This document shows positions 31,301 through 41,900 of a DNA stretch of 64,000 bases, in pieces. The notes under the pieces were generated by a model. It was given only the letters and a program-made list of their open reading frames with translations. It searched no databases and was not told the DNA's origin. The stretch covers positions 1,364,001 to 1,428,000 of the forward strand of contig CAKKNE010000002.1 of assembly GCA_918797485.1 (NCBI GenBank), given 5' to 3'. Within the stretch, counting starts at the first letter, position 1. Every line of letters starts with the position of its first letter. A program made the position numbers and the translations under genes. Source of the stretch: Pelagomonas calceolata (taxonomy: Eukaryota).

Positions 31301-31634
31301 CGCGTAGAGTGGCGACTTCGTCTTCGAGCCGCTGCAGCGCATTGTCTCCCCCTTGCACATTTCCCACGTTCCACCTTGCTAACGCCCGAGCGACACTTCG
31401 CTCGATGGCGTCGTCATCGATAAAAGTTTCGACGGACTCGCTCGGCACTGGTCTTTTATCCCTCTCTTCAAAGGCGTCCCAGGACTGGCGCTCCGCCGAC
31501 CGTCGCACGGATTCCGCGGGGCGCGCGGGGCTGTAGCGCGTCGATAAAGCGTTGAGGTTGGCGTTCGTGCGCTCGATGATGCCGCTCAGTTGCTGCTCCC
31601 ACTGCTGGTGGCTGAGCGAGGCGGCGGCGCTCAT
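28335..31634 (-). CDS. Long coiled-coil protein with low-complexity C-terminus containing DPF motifs
   Basis: 1099-codon ATG ORF rich in A/E/L/R heptads; several SDPF/DPF motifs. Confidence 0.75.
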   Translation of the reverse strand: MSAAASLSHQQWEQQLSGIIERTNANLNALSTRYSPARPAESVRRSAERQSWDAFEERDKRPVPSESVETFIDDDAIERSVARALARWNVGNVQGGDNALQRLEDEVATLRASETAAATARRSREATVDALAREVHARRGHASKMLAWQADAEQWRSRVDAALEKAAATQAGLEASQRRITESNKRSATQAEVKGVLDAARRQAQAAAQGAVAAGQSAMEHELEDLRRQVAALRLRSGESLGGDDMAAARAAPAAVESAVQAAVQQAFAAAESKLEDKLSKSLGSSLRAEASEALMDARRQLENTLDSRAAALGGGSSGSYGDDDRAAKAVDKAVAKLVGDVDSARNEVDELKRAREADLRDARLAQKKLEQQLETVRAECADKIGQVVEATRTARAALDDARAATHKSLDSLRTELYGALDQRSDDWRDDRADLVRGLARCDRAIGAIEGKLDVAKTTARAFAEEAPAVKRAGELAGKVESVDARVDALDAKVGRFRDAERRSATDRARLDALETWQRGDASEAFEHLAALDAAAELQRDVVQRVGRLEEASTSYRAALGELAPQRLATCEEKLQALKQALDDNERAARDRGRELESALGDARDALETNLASFGRRVDEGAARASQAADAAEAAREIADAIPKRVDAVRDRVAALEESATEPPSTPGRESLRRYAESPTRGTNVDDDARQRCADLERKVAALERAAREAAAGARGADHKASKAHDDYSALALRVDDVSATVRRLSGSGASPPASLRPRRSAPSDATAESAPKPSVRTVLSPKPAESSSSSEEGSSEASSDEEEEPPKPPPKASKPKETDEEMARRLQAEWSAPAPAPSTSSAFSDPFGTASVPSVASSTSGPGLVRPAQPPAARSRFAAKGDGTRRSSSTEPKASPAQAKPQRRSGSVPPAPATPDPFGAPPAPPSVSSVASSFDGAPKAPSVASSFSRGADPFAAPAAPSISSKGSGFSDPFGQPPSAPSVSSDPFAVQGDAFAPAAAPSASSSSLQDPAVAFRTPGPSPFEQAIANRRAKTEAQKAASSSSYETDSESDEESSASEESPVKAPRPSDNSELMNRFRSRLQASGSRSPPKRYASDSD

Positions 31635-31935
31635 TTTTGGGCGTGCGGGCAGCTTTTGCGGCTTATGTGGAGTCGTGTGGTGTGCGCCGCACCAGCCTTC
31701 AGCCCGCAGGGCGCCCTAAATTTGGCGTCTCCGCACCAACTGCTGTTGTTTTTTGGCATGCAATTCGGGCGCTGGTGGTGGGCGCGCAGGAATACGAATC
31801 GCGGTCGTCCTAGAGGTCTGGCGTGGTGCCGGGAACTGTGTTGGTTTTTTTAATTTTTGCGCGGGTTGTCCGACCCGAATTTACACATGTTGCAAGGATG
31901 GGCAGCCCATCGCATTGCCTCAGGCGGACAAAGCG

Positions 31936-33795
31936 ATGGAGGATTACGTCTCGCGCCATCATCAAGACGTGCTGCGGAAGGCTGAGGCGGGCGACGCAGA
32001 TGCACAGGCGACATTGGGATCATTTTTTTTCAATGGGGTGCCCGAAGCTGGCCTCGAGCCGTACTTTGAGCTGGCAGCGAGGTGGCTTTCAAAAGCAGCT
32101 GGGGCACACCACATTCAAGCGCAGGCCCTCTTGGGTGTGCTGTACCTCCGCGGTAACGGTGTCCCCCAAAACGAGCGCCGTGCCGCGAAATGGTTGCAAC
32201 AAGCGGCGGATGCGGGCGATGCGGCGGCGCAAAGTCAATACGGAGCATTGCTCTATACAGGGCAGGGAGTCGATAAAGATGATGCGCGCGGCGTGTCGTA
32301 CTGGCAGAAGGCTGTGGCGCAGGACCACCTGCCAGCGATGGTGAGCCTAGGCGTGGCCCTTCACAAAGGCGAGGGTGTGAAGCAGAACAAGACCAAGGCT
32401 CTTGCGCTCATGTCGGCCGCCGCGCGCCAGGGTGATGAACATGCCGTAATGATCCTGGCTAAATGGGATTTGGAGGCGGCAGCGGAAGCGGAAAAGACTA
32501 AAATAGAGGCGGCGGCGGAGGAATCCCGGCGGCGCACGGACGAGTTTCTCTTTTCCACTGGCGTCGCCGGCGCGGCCGCGGACAAGCTCCGCTCGCTCGC
32601 GCCGGACCACCAGGCGCGGCTCCGCCGCCGCCTCGTGATCAGCGTCGCCGCGGGCGCGAGCGCCGCCGACCTCGAAGTCATGATAATGAGGGCCGACGAC
32701 CACCAGTACGCGGCGATGGCGTCGGAACTCGCGGCCCTGGACCCGTCGCTGCGGCCCGTGGCCAAACGCCTTGCGCTGACGTCGGCGGCGGTGTGGTCCC
32801 TGTCGACGCTGGATTCGCTGCAGCAGGAGGGCCTCGCGTGCCGCTTCGCCGAACCGGGCCTCCTCGCCGACATCGTCGATCTCGATGACTTCATCGCCCG
32901 GGCTTTTGCGACGGAGAAGACGTTTGAAATTCTGTTGCGCGCAAGCGTGTCGTTCATGGAGCCGGATCTCGTCAACTATATTCAAGGCCTCCCCTTCGAC
33001 CTGTCGCGGAGTTGCGTCAAGGAGCTCCGGGCCCTCGACGAGCAGAAGCAGCGTGGGGTGGCGGACACGCTGGCGACCGTAGACTTGCGCGACATTGACG
33101 ACCCGTCTGCCTACGTCCTCGAGTGCCTTGACTTGTCGAAGCGGCTGGATGAGGACGCGGCGGAGCTGGCAAAAAAGGAGGCAGCGGCGGAGCGAGCGGC
33201 GGCGGAGCTGCTGCGCGAGGAAGAAGATGAGGCTGCGGCGGCGCGGGCCAAGCGCGCCAAGAAAAAGAAAGCCAAGAAGAAGCGGCGCGGTGCGGCGACG
33301 GCGACGGCGCCCGACGAGTCCAAGGTCGAGGTCGCGCCGGCGGCCGAAGAGAATAAGGTCGAGGAGGAGGACCAGGCCTCGCTGGACCTCGCGCAGCGGC
33401 TCACGCTCGAAGACGCGCCGCCGCCGCCACCACCGCCCGGAAAGGTGCTCGTCGACGAAATTCTCGACGATGCCGCTGCTCGCGCGGCCGCGCTCGAGAC
33501 GTCCCTGACGGCGCACCAAGCGGAGCTCAAGCGGCTCAAGGCCGTTCTGAAGGAGCGGGGCGTGCCGGACGGCTACCTTTGTCCCATCTCGCTCGAGGTG
33601 ATGGAAGATCCAGTGATCGCGGCCGACGGCCACTCCTACGAGCGATCGGACATCGAGGCTTGGTTCAACCGCGGCAACGACACGTCGCCCAAGACGGGCG
33701 GCGCGCTGCCGCACCAGTTCCTGACGCCGAACCACAACCTGAGGAGCGCGATCCAGGACTTCCTCGCGGAGGTCCGACAGTTCGCGGACATGTGA
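31936..33795 (+). CDS. Sel1-repeat and U-box E3 ligase-like protein
   Basis: AEAGDADAQATLG and GNGVPQNERRAAKWLQQAADAG repeats; PDGYLCPISLEVMEDPVIAADGHSYERSDIEAWF...PNHNLRSAI. Confidence 0.9.
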   Translation: MEDYVSRHHQDVLRKAEAGDADAQATLGSFFFNGVPEAGLEPYFELAARWLSKAAGAHHIQAQALLGVLYLRGNGVPQNERRAAKWLQQAADAGDAAAQSQYGALLYTGQGVDKDDARGVSYWQKAVAQDHLPAMVSLGVALHKGEGVKQNKTKALALMSAAARQGDEHAVMILAKWDLEAAAEAEKTKIEAAAEESRRRTDEFLFSTGVAGAAADKLRSLAPDHQARLRRRLVISVAAGASAADLEVMIMRADDHQYAAMASELAALDPSLRPVAKRLALTSAAVWSLSTLDSLQQEGLACRFAEPGLLADIVDLDDFIARAFATEKTFEILLRASVSFMEPDLVNYIQGLPFDLSRSCVKELRALDEQKQRGVADTLATVDLRDIDDPSAYVLECLDLSKRLDEDAAELAKKEAAAERAAAELLREEEDEAAAARAKRAKKKKAKKKRRGAATATAPDESKVEVAPAAEENKVEEEDQASLDLAQRLTLEDAPPPPPPPGKVLVDEILDDAAARAAALETSLTAHQAELKRLKAVLKERGVPDGYLCPISLEVMEDPVIAADGHSYERSDIEAWFNRGNDTSPKTGGALPHQFLTPNHNLRSAIQDFLAEVRQFADM

Positions 33796-33820
33796 GTGTG
33801 ATAAGATACAAATGTAACAA

Positions 33821-35683
33821 TTAGAGCGGCTCCGTCTTCCGCACGAGCCAGTCGAGCGCCTGCCCCTCTAACAAGGGAGCCAGCTGCGCGCGCACGTCCG
33901 CGTGGTACGCGTCGACCCACTGTCTTTCGGCCGCGTCGAGCATTGTGACATCAATACAAGTCGCGTCGATGGGGATGAGTGTTAAATAAGAGAACTTGAG
34001 AAATGCCTTGCCGTCCGGCACCTTTGCTACCTCAGCCTTCTCAACGGCCAGTAAATTCTCGATGCGCACGCCGAAGCATTCAGCCTGGTAGTAGCCCGGC
34101 TCGTTACTCAACACCATGCCCGCCTTGATTATATTCGTGTTCCCGAAGCGCGGACTCACGGAGATGGGCCCCTCGTGCACATTTAAAGCAGCACCGACCC
34201 CATGCCCCGTGCCGTGGCCGTAATCCAAACCGCAGGCCCACAGGGCCTTCCGCGCAAACGCATCTAAGACGAACCCTATGGTACTCTCGGGGAAGATTGC
34301 TACGTCCAATCCGATGTGGCCCTTCAGAACAGCCGTAAATGCGCGCTTCTCTTCCTCGGTCGGTCTGCCAAAGTGCATCGTCCGCGTCGCGTCCGTCGTG
34401 CCGTCGGAATATTGGCCGCCCGAGTCCACTAAGAGTAGGGTGGAGGTCGTCACCGGCGAGTCGGACGGCGAACCATGAATCAGGGCGCCGTTGCCGCCCG
34501 CGCCTGCTATGGTTGGAAATGAAGGTTCGATGAACGTGGGATCTCGCGACCGCTCCTCTATCAATAGAGCGTCGACGTCGAGCTCCGACGTCGCCTCACC
34601 GCTCACGACCCGTTTTTCCAGCCGAGCAAAGGCCCGCGCAACGGCCGCGCCGTCCCTCACATGGGCCGCGCGCATCCCTCGTAACTCGCCCTCATTCTTC
34701 ACCGCCTTGAAATCGGCGACGGGGCACTGTTCATTAATACGGTTGGGCTCGGGAATCGCATCCACCACAGCCGCGGAGCACCTCGATGGATCGACGCAGA
34801 CCGTGGCTTCCGCCGCCGCGGCTCTCAAGAAAGGTAGCGCGCGGTCGTAGTCTCTTATATCCACACTCGCCGCTTGCAGCGCTTCATGTACGTCCTTTGG
34901 TACCTTAGCCTCGTCGACGAATAACGTCGCGGTGTCGTGGTCTATATAAGCGTACGCCAGAGCCACTGGATTGCAGGCCACGTCGCCGCCCCTCACATTG
35001 AACAGCCAGCAGACCTCATCTAACGCACTAATGACTAGACCCGAGGCGCCCAGCTCTTGAACGGCAGTGCGCACCCTCCCTAGCTTCGACTCAACACTTT
35101 CACCGGCGAACTCCAAAGGATGCAGCCGCAGCATCGACGAGGGCATCGCCGGCCGGTCGGCCCAGACCTTGTCGACGGGATTTTCGTCGAGGTGCCTCAC
35201 CTGAACGTGCTCCTCCAGCGACGAAGCGAAGCTTGATGCCGTCACGCGCGCGTCGATGCCGACCGTTTCTACTTCTGATGCTTCGTCGGTGCCGAACCAG
35301 GCCGCGATGCCGTCGACGCCCGGCGCGCCGGCCTTGACCAGTTCCCAGCCTTCCCCGAGTTGTTGGGAGGCTTGCAGCCAGTACCTCCCATCCGTCCAGC
35401 ACAATGCGCGGTCCTTGAGCACAACGGCCGTACCGGCACTTCCAGTGAAGCCGCTCGCGAAGGCCCTCCTCTCGAAACACGGCGCGACGTATTCGCTGAG
35501 GTGCGGGTCGTCGCTCGGGATGACAAACGCGTCCACATTATTCTTGTCGAGCTCTTCCCTCAAAGCGTCGAGTGTTTTTGTGGATCCGGCGCGCAGTCGT
35601 ACACTGCGCCTGGAGATGGAGCGGGCCGCCGCCAGGCCCCGGGCGCGGCAGGCGGCCGCCGTCAGCAGGTACATATATAGCAT
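33821..35683 (-). CDS. Xaa-Pro aminopeptidase (M24B)
   Basis: DPHLSEY, SGFTGSAG, TDGRY, DSGGQYSDGTTDATRT, HGTGHGVG, NVHEGP, SNEPGYY, GVRIEN. Confidence 0.95.
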   Translation of the reverse strand: MLYMYLLTAAACRARGLAAARSISRRSVRLRAGSTKTLDALREELDKNNVDAFVIPSDDPHLSEYVAPCFERRAFASGFTGSAGTAVVLKDRALCWTDGRYWLQASQQLGEGWELVKAGAPGVDGIAAWFGTDEASEVETVGIDARVTASSFASSLEEHVQVRHLDENPVDKVWADRPAMPSSMLRLHPLEFAGESVESKLGRVRTAVQELGASGLVISALDEVCWLFNVRGGDVACNPVALAYAYIDHDTATLFVDEAKVPKDVHEALQAASVDIRDYDRALPFLRAAAAEATVCVDPSRCSAAVVDAIPEPNRINEQCPVADFKAVKNEGELRGMRAAHVRDGAAVARAFARLEKRVVSGEATSELDVDALLIEERSRDPTFIEPSFPTIAGAGGNGALIHGSPSDSPVTTSTLLLVDSGGQYSDGTTDATRTMHFGRPTEEEKRAFTAVLKGHIGLDVAIFPESTIGFVLDAFARKALWACGLDYGHGTGHGVGAALNVHEGPISVSPRFGNTNIIKAGMVLSNEPGYYQAECFGVRIENLLAVEKAEVAKVPDGKAFLKFSYLTLIPIDATCIDVTMLDAAERQWVDAYHADVRAQLAPLLEGQALDWLVRKTEPL

Positions 35684-36064
35684 ATATGCACGACAGCTCT
35701 CAACAAGCTGTCTGTCTGAGTGTGCTCTCTGTGCTCTGCGTGGCAGCAAATGCACGACCTGTTGACTGTGCGATCACTGCCGAGCGATTGGTTTAGAGGC
35801 TGCTTTCGCTGTGTGCTATCTATCCGCTGCAAGCACGTCGATGGCCGCGCCTTGCTTGGCAAGCGCTAGCGTCGTGTAAGACACTAGGAAGCAAAGCGTC
35901 CGCGCCACCACGGTATATATCCGAGACGAGCGCATTCACACACTGCAGGACAGTGCGTTACCATCCTGACGCCTTCAATTTTGGCATCGAGGGGTCATCT
36001 CTGGGCTTTGAAATTTGCCATTTAATCTGGAGTCAATTTGGGAGCGGTTTCAGCGGCCGCGATA

Positions 36065-37601
36065 ATGGCGCGAGGCCTCATACTCCTGTGGCTGGTCGCC
36101 GCCGCGACGGCCTCACAAAGGAGGAAGAACAAAAAGAAAGCTGATGCTGCCGCGGCGGGCCGGCCGCCGAGTATGACCCTCGACGCGCTCCCTCTCAAAT
36201 ACAAAGACGACGCCGTCGGCCGCTACGCGAAGACCTGGGCCACCGCGCACACGAACCGGAGCGGAATGGCCCACTTTTTGGAGCGCTTCGGCGCTATTGA
36301 TGTGGGTTGCACCTACGACGTCGAGAGTTCAGGTGAAGGCGCCAGCCTGCCGCGGCTCGTTTTCAAGTTCGCCGACGGCTCATCAACACGCGCGGAGCCC
36401 GGCTGGCCGGACCACTTCAAGACGCGGCCGGCCGTCTGCGAGTATGCGCGAGGGCCCCGCTTTGATTCGGACGCGGCGATGTTACTGGTGTCGTCGTCGA
36501 CGGACTATCTGTTTCGGCTGTGGCCGTTGTTCCTGAACAAGATCCTCTACGCTGCAGCTGCCAACCTACGCCTCTTCGTCTGGATCGGCGAGCTCCCCGC
36601 GGCGGCGACGCGGGCGACCGCCGCCGGATGCTACCTAAGCCAACCGAACCGAGCCAGGTTCGACCAGAAGCCCATGCTTATGCACGCTCAGCAAAGAAAG
36701 TTGGCCGACAGCTACACGACGGACTCTTACGACGTGAAAGACGTCACGCGCGTGAGCAATCATCACGTGATGCGCGGTGCGGAAATCAACCCGGTCCTGC
36801 GCCTGCTCGACGGCGTGGAGGCTCCGCGCCATGTGAAGAGTCTCCACGCAGGTCAAGATGCCCGCGACGCTAGCGGTGCTCGCCCACCCTTCAGTAAGAG
36901 GCGTGTACTACGTCGACTTGGATAGCGTCGCGCAGCTCCCCTTCAATTTGACGAATGTAAAACGGACGCACGGGCAGTACGCCGACGTTGTTTTCAAGTG
37001 GACAAAAAAATTAGGACCAGCTACGTTACGGTGGAAGGTCATGGGTTCCAGATTTTATGTGCGGGACACTCAGTTTGGGCGTCGCTTCTTCGAGCGATGG
37101 TTCGATAATCGTTGTTCGTTCAAGGACCAGTATTCGTTGTGGCACACGATCCTGGAGCTTTCTGCGGAAGCCGGGTGCGTCGATTATAAGGGCGAGATCT
37201 GGGAGCGCCACTCCTACGATTCGGTAAGACACATGAAGCCTAGTATGGCGGGCGCCGAGCTGCAGCTGACGTGCGATGTGATCCATGGGAAGTGCCCTAC
37301 GTTTAAATACGGGAACGAGGGGCCCTCCCATCCTTGCGTTTACGACGACGTGCCCGACGTCCTGGACAACGTGTTGCACCACGCGATCCCGCCCGACGGG
37401 CCGGGCCTGCGCGAGGTGACTTATGGTGGGAAGACGCTGGTCGTGGAGAACACGTGCTTCTACGCGGGGAACCGGGCGCGCATCGACGATCAACGCGACC
37501 AGAAACGAGGCCTCTGCAAGTACGCGGGCAGCTGGCGCGAGTACCTCGAGAAGCTCGGCGTCGTGGGGAGGGATACTTCGGTTCATCCGTGGGGGGACTA
37601 A
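36065..37601 (+). CDS. Secreted/Golgi glycosyltransferase-like protein (GT34-like); intron 36767-36851
   Basis: Signal peptide; NKILYA, spliced NHHVKMPA, YYVDLDS (DxD), FFERWF..KDQYSLW. Confidence 0.6.
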
Positions 37602-38479
37602 GTATTAATCCACACCGTCAGCGCCACGCGGTCCGCGCTGGCCGCGAGGACGGCGTGCTCGACGGCGCCAGAATCGAAGATCACGAGGCGTCCGCCAAGC
37701 GGCGCGACGTCGAACGGCTCGCGCCCGCCGATCCAGCACCGCAGCGCGCCGCCGTCGCGTTGTATTTGCCAGTCGTCGTTCAGATATAAAATAGCGGTCA
37801 GCGCGCGGCCGCGGTAGTCGCTTAATCTCAACCACTCCAACAATCCTAACTCTTCGACGCCAAGCGAACACCTGTCGAGGTGCCGGTCGTAGCCCTTGCC
37901 CCGCGACGTGTAGCGCGCGAGCTGGCACTGACGCGGCACTCTATGATGCGAGGCCTTAGTGGAAATAGACGAGTGAAGCGGGAGAGGGATGCGCGCCGCC
38001 GCGCTATCGAGGTAAAGGCGCCGTTGACGAAATTTGATTTCTGTTCACGTGATCACTTCGTAGCCGCGCCGCGCCAGCGCGTCGGGGACGCCGCGGAGGA
38101 GGCGCATGGCCTGTCGAAGGCCGGCGCCGACGTCGTCGTCGTCGCCCCGGACCCAGCACACGGAATCGCCGCGCTCACCGTGGTCGCCCGCGGGCGAAAA
38201 GCGCGCCAGCGTCGCCGCGTCGCGCCGGGCCGCCGCGAGCTCCCCGGCCGACAGGACGTCGTCGACGACCACGAGACCGCGCCGTGTCAGCGTCTCCGCG
38301 TTCGCAGCACTGAGGGCCAGCGGCGCGAAGGCGCAGGCCGCCGCCGGCTCGGCGTCGCCGATGGCCGTGCGGGTGTACGCTTCCGCGAGCATGCCCGCGC
38401 AGCCCGCCGGTACGACGAGCGCGAGGCACGCATCCCAGCTGGGGATGCGGCGGAGCGTCTGGCGCCAGAACCGAGCCAT
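37598..38479 (-). CDS. 2OG-Fe(II) oxygenase, EGLN/prolyl-hydroxylase-like; intron 37955-38056
   Basis: GLVVVDDVL, RGDSVCW, QLARY..GYDRHLD, LTAILYLN, GGALR, GRLVIFDS..VEHAV, RVALTVW. Confidence 0.85.
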
Positions 38480-38922
38480 CTCAAGGTCATGCGTGAAGCA
38501 TTGTAGCTTGCTCTTTAGAGGCTGCGATGGCTTGCACTGCGCTGCAGACTGCAGTGTGGTGGCTTGCACTGCGCTTAAGCTGCACTAGTGCACTTAACCA
38601 CACAGCAGAGCAGCACTCGACTAAGACGATCAGCAGCAGCAAATACCAATGATTCCGCCCTGCAACAGCTGCTTGCTAGCTCTTGCACCGCAGAGCTTTT
38701 GCCGAGCTTGCTAGTGTCTTACGATCGCTAGCTCGAGTTTTTGCGGGTCGGCTCAAAAAAGCCGCAAGGCAGCCTAAATCGTCGGTTTCGGGGACGTGCG
38801 AGGCGGCTGCACAACTACCAGAAACCATCGAGTACTCAGAGCTGGGCGGGCGCGGCTGGGAAGCGCTGTAGTTTCCAATTTGCCCTGTATCGGCCAGGGC
38901 TGCAAATTGACGCGAAACGACG

Positions 38923-41900
38923 ATGGCCCAGCCCGGCGAGCGCGTCTGGATAAGACACTCGACAGAAGTGTGGGAACCCGCGGTCGTCGATGCCGTCGAC
39001 GGGTTGCGGGTCCAGGTCCACGCGGTCGGCGGCGCGCGCGAACTTACCTTCAAAGATGCTGCTACTTTAGAGGACGGCGTCAAGCGTCGCAACGAAGGAG
39101 ATATTGCCACTGTGGACGATCTCGTAAGGTTGCCCTTCCTGCACGAACCGGCCATCTTGCATGTCTTAAGAAGTAGAGCCCGAGCCGGTTTGATCTATAC
39201 GAACGTCGGCGCGATCTTGTTGGCGGTGAACCCCTTCAAGCGGCTACCAGAATTGTACGGTAATAATGCGGTAGAGACACAGAGATCAGCAGGAGCATTA
39301 AGAGCCGCGGACCCGGAATCCGCACAACCACCGCCGCCCCACTGCTTCGCCGTCGCCGACCAGGCCTACCGCCAGATGCGTTCGGCACTCACAGGGAGAA
39401 AACCCGCGGACCAGGCCATCCTCATCTCCGGAGAGTCTGGCGCCGGTAAAACAGAAACGACAAAATTCGTGATGCGCTACTTAGCCGGTTTGTCGTTGCA
39501 GGGCGGGTCGTTACAGGGCCTGGAGGCGCGGGTCCTGCAGACGAATCCCGTCCTCGAAGGTTTTGGGAACGCTCGCACGTTGAGGAATGATAATTCCTCA
39601 AGATTCGGCAAGTGGATCTCGCTGGACTTCGACGAGCGAGGGCGATTAGCTCGGGCGGGTCTGCGGACCTATTTACTCGAGAAGGTGCGGTTAGTACGAC
39701 AGACGGAGGGCGAGCGGGGCTTCCACGTCTTCTACGAGGCCCTCGCTTCGAGAAAACTCAAGAACTGGCCTTCCTCTGAAAGGGAGTCGGTGTGCGTGTC
39801 TGGTAGTAGTAGAGGCGTCGATGGGCGAGATGATGGGGTGTTGGACGCGGATAGTTTTGAGGAACGTGTGCGAGCATTGACCACTTTAGGACTGGATCAA
39901 GATGGTATCAACAAGGCCTTTGCTACGTTATCAGCTGTTCTACACTTGGGCGCAGTCCGCTTCGTCAAGGAGCACAAGGGCGCGACACAAGACTCCGGGA
40001 GTAGCGTCGACCCTTCCTCGAGACATCGCTTAAATCAGGCGTCCGAAGCCTTAAAGGTCGAGCCCACGGCCCTAGAGCTAGCTTTGTGTAGGAGGAACGT
40101 CACAACAGCCGGAGAATCCTTAGAATTGCACTTACCCCCAGACGCGGCGGCAAGGTCGCGCGACGCCCTCCTCAAGGCCATCTACGGCGCTTTGTTTGAC
40201 GACCTCGTCAGGTCCTGCAACCGCGCGTTGCAGGCGGACGTCCCGACAAGCGCCTCGATAGGCCTCCTCGACATCTTCGGCTTTGAAGTGTTCGCCACCA
40301 ATAGCTTTGAACAGTTACTCATAAACTACACCAATGAAAGGTTGCAAGCGCACTTCAACAACTTCGTCTTCGAAAATGAACAAAGATTATATGCCTCCGA
40401 AGGTTTAGAGTGGGACGCCGTTGATTTTCCCGACAACACTGAAGTGCTGGCGCTCATCGAGGGGTCCAAAAAGTCTTTAACACCTTCCAAGACGAGGCAG
40501 ACCCTACCTTCGGTCCAGCAGCAGGCCGCCATCGGGTTACTGGCTACTATAGATGATGAATGCTTGCTCGTTGCGGGACGGGCGGACGCCGAAACTTCAG
40601 ATGCGGTCACCGATGACTTGGATGAGAGGTCAGCTCGAATCCTAGGTGAGCGCCTCAAAAAAACGTTCATCAACGAAGCGAGGTATGCTTGTGATGCCAA
40701 GCAGGAGCGAGGCGCATTATTCAGCGTTCATCACTACGCCGGCCCGGTCGAATATAGTGTCAGAGGCTTCGTGGCCAAGAACATGGACACTTTAGCTCCA
40801 GACGCGTCGAAATTACTCGCTACGTCGTCGTTCGCGAACGCGTTCGACACGTCATCTGCGACGTCGTTGTCTCCCGAACGCAAGTGGGGCTCCGGGCGAC
40901 GTGTCACTGGTAGAAGGGCGTCTTCACTAGCGACAACCACGGTAGCGCAACGCTTCCGGACGTCGCTAGGTGCTTTATTGGTGGAGATTCGGGCGACGTG
41001 CCCGCACTTCATAAGATGTCTGAAGCCAAATGACGCGAACGTGCCCGACGTGCTCGAAGCACCTCGACTCGTCGAGCAGCTGCGGTACTGCGGTGTTTTA
41101 GAAGCTGTTAGAGTTGCTCGGGCGGGCTATCCTGTTAGGTTACCTCATGCGGAGTTTGCTCGCAGATACAGGTGTGCGGCCCCGGCGGGATGGGTCTACA
41201 AGCCGCCCAAACTGGACGATGCTTTGGACGGGGCGCAGAAGGCGGCTTTACATGCGGCGAGAGCATTAGTGTTAGTGTTGGCGCCGGGCGCGGAGTTAAG
41301 GGTCGAGCCCGCTACTCAAGGTGATAGGAGACGAGGCGTCGCCGTCGGCAAGACCAAGGTCTTCCTAAGGAAGGACGCGTTTGAAGCCCTCGAAGCGCTA
41401 CTAGCTAGAAGGACGGCGGAGGCGGCCGTCCGGGTCCAGAAGGCGTTCCGCGGCCGCGAAGCGAGAAGGTACCTCCGCTCTGCTAGAAAGCTGGCTCATT
41501 TTGTTCAAGTAAGAGCGCGCCTCAAGTTACGAAGGAGGCGGCGGGCGGCTCTGTCGATTGCCGGCGCCGTGCGCGTCGTCGGCGCGACCCGCAAGTTTAG
41601 GGCCTCGCGACGCATCGCGCGGGCCGCGCAGACGGCGGGTCGGGGCGCGCAAGCGCGGCGGAAGCTCGGCTGGTTACGAGACGCGAAGGCCGCGCGCAAG
41701 TTGCAGAGGGTAGCGCGGCGGGGCGAAGCTAGAGGGAGCTTTCACAGGCTGCGGTCCGCGTGCATCACCTTGCAGTGTCTAGCTAGAATCCAACAAGCGA
41801 AGCAGGCGAAGCGCCACGAGCACCAACTCAGGAGGGACGCGTCTCTGGTGTTGGTCGATCTCCGCAAGGCCGAGGTCCGCACGGACGCGGTGCGCGCCGA

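Noticed and set aside
28524..33735. Long antisense or alternate-frame ORFs overlapping real genes
   Set aside because: Expected shadow ORFs at high GC3; Arg/Ala/Pro-rich with no motifs
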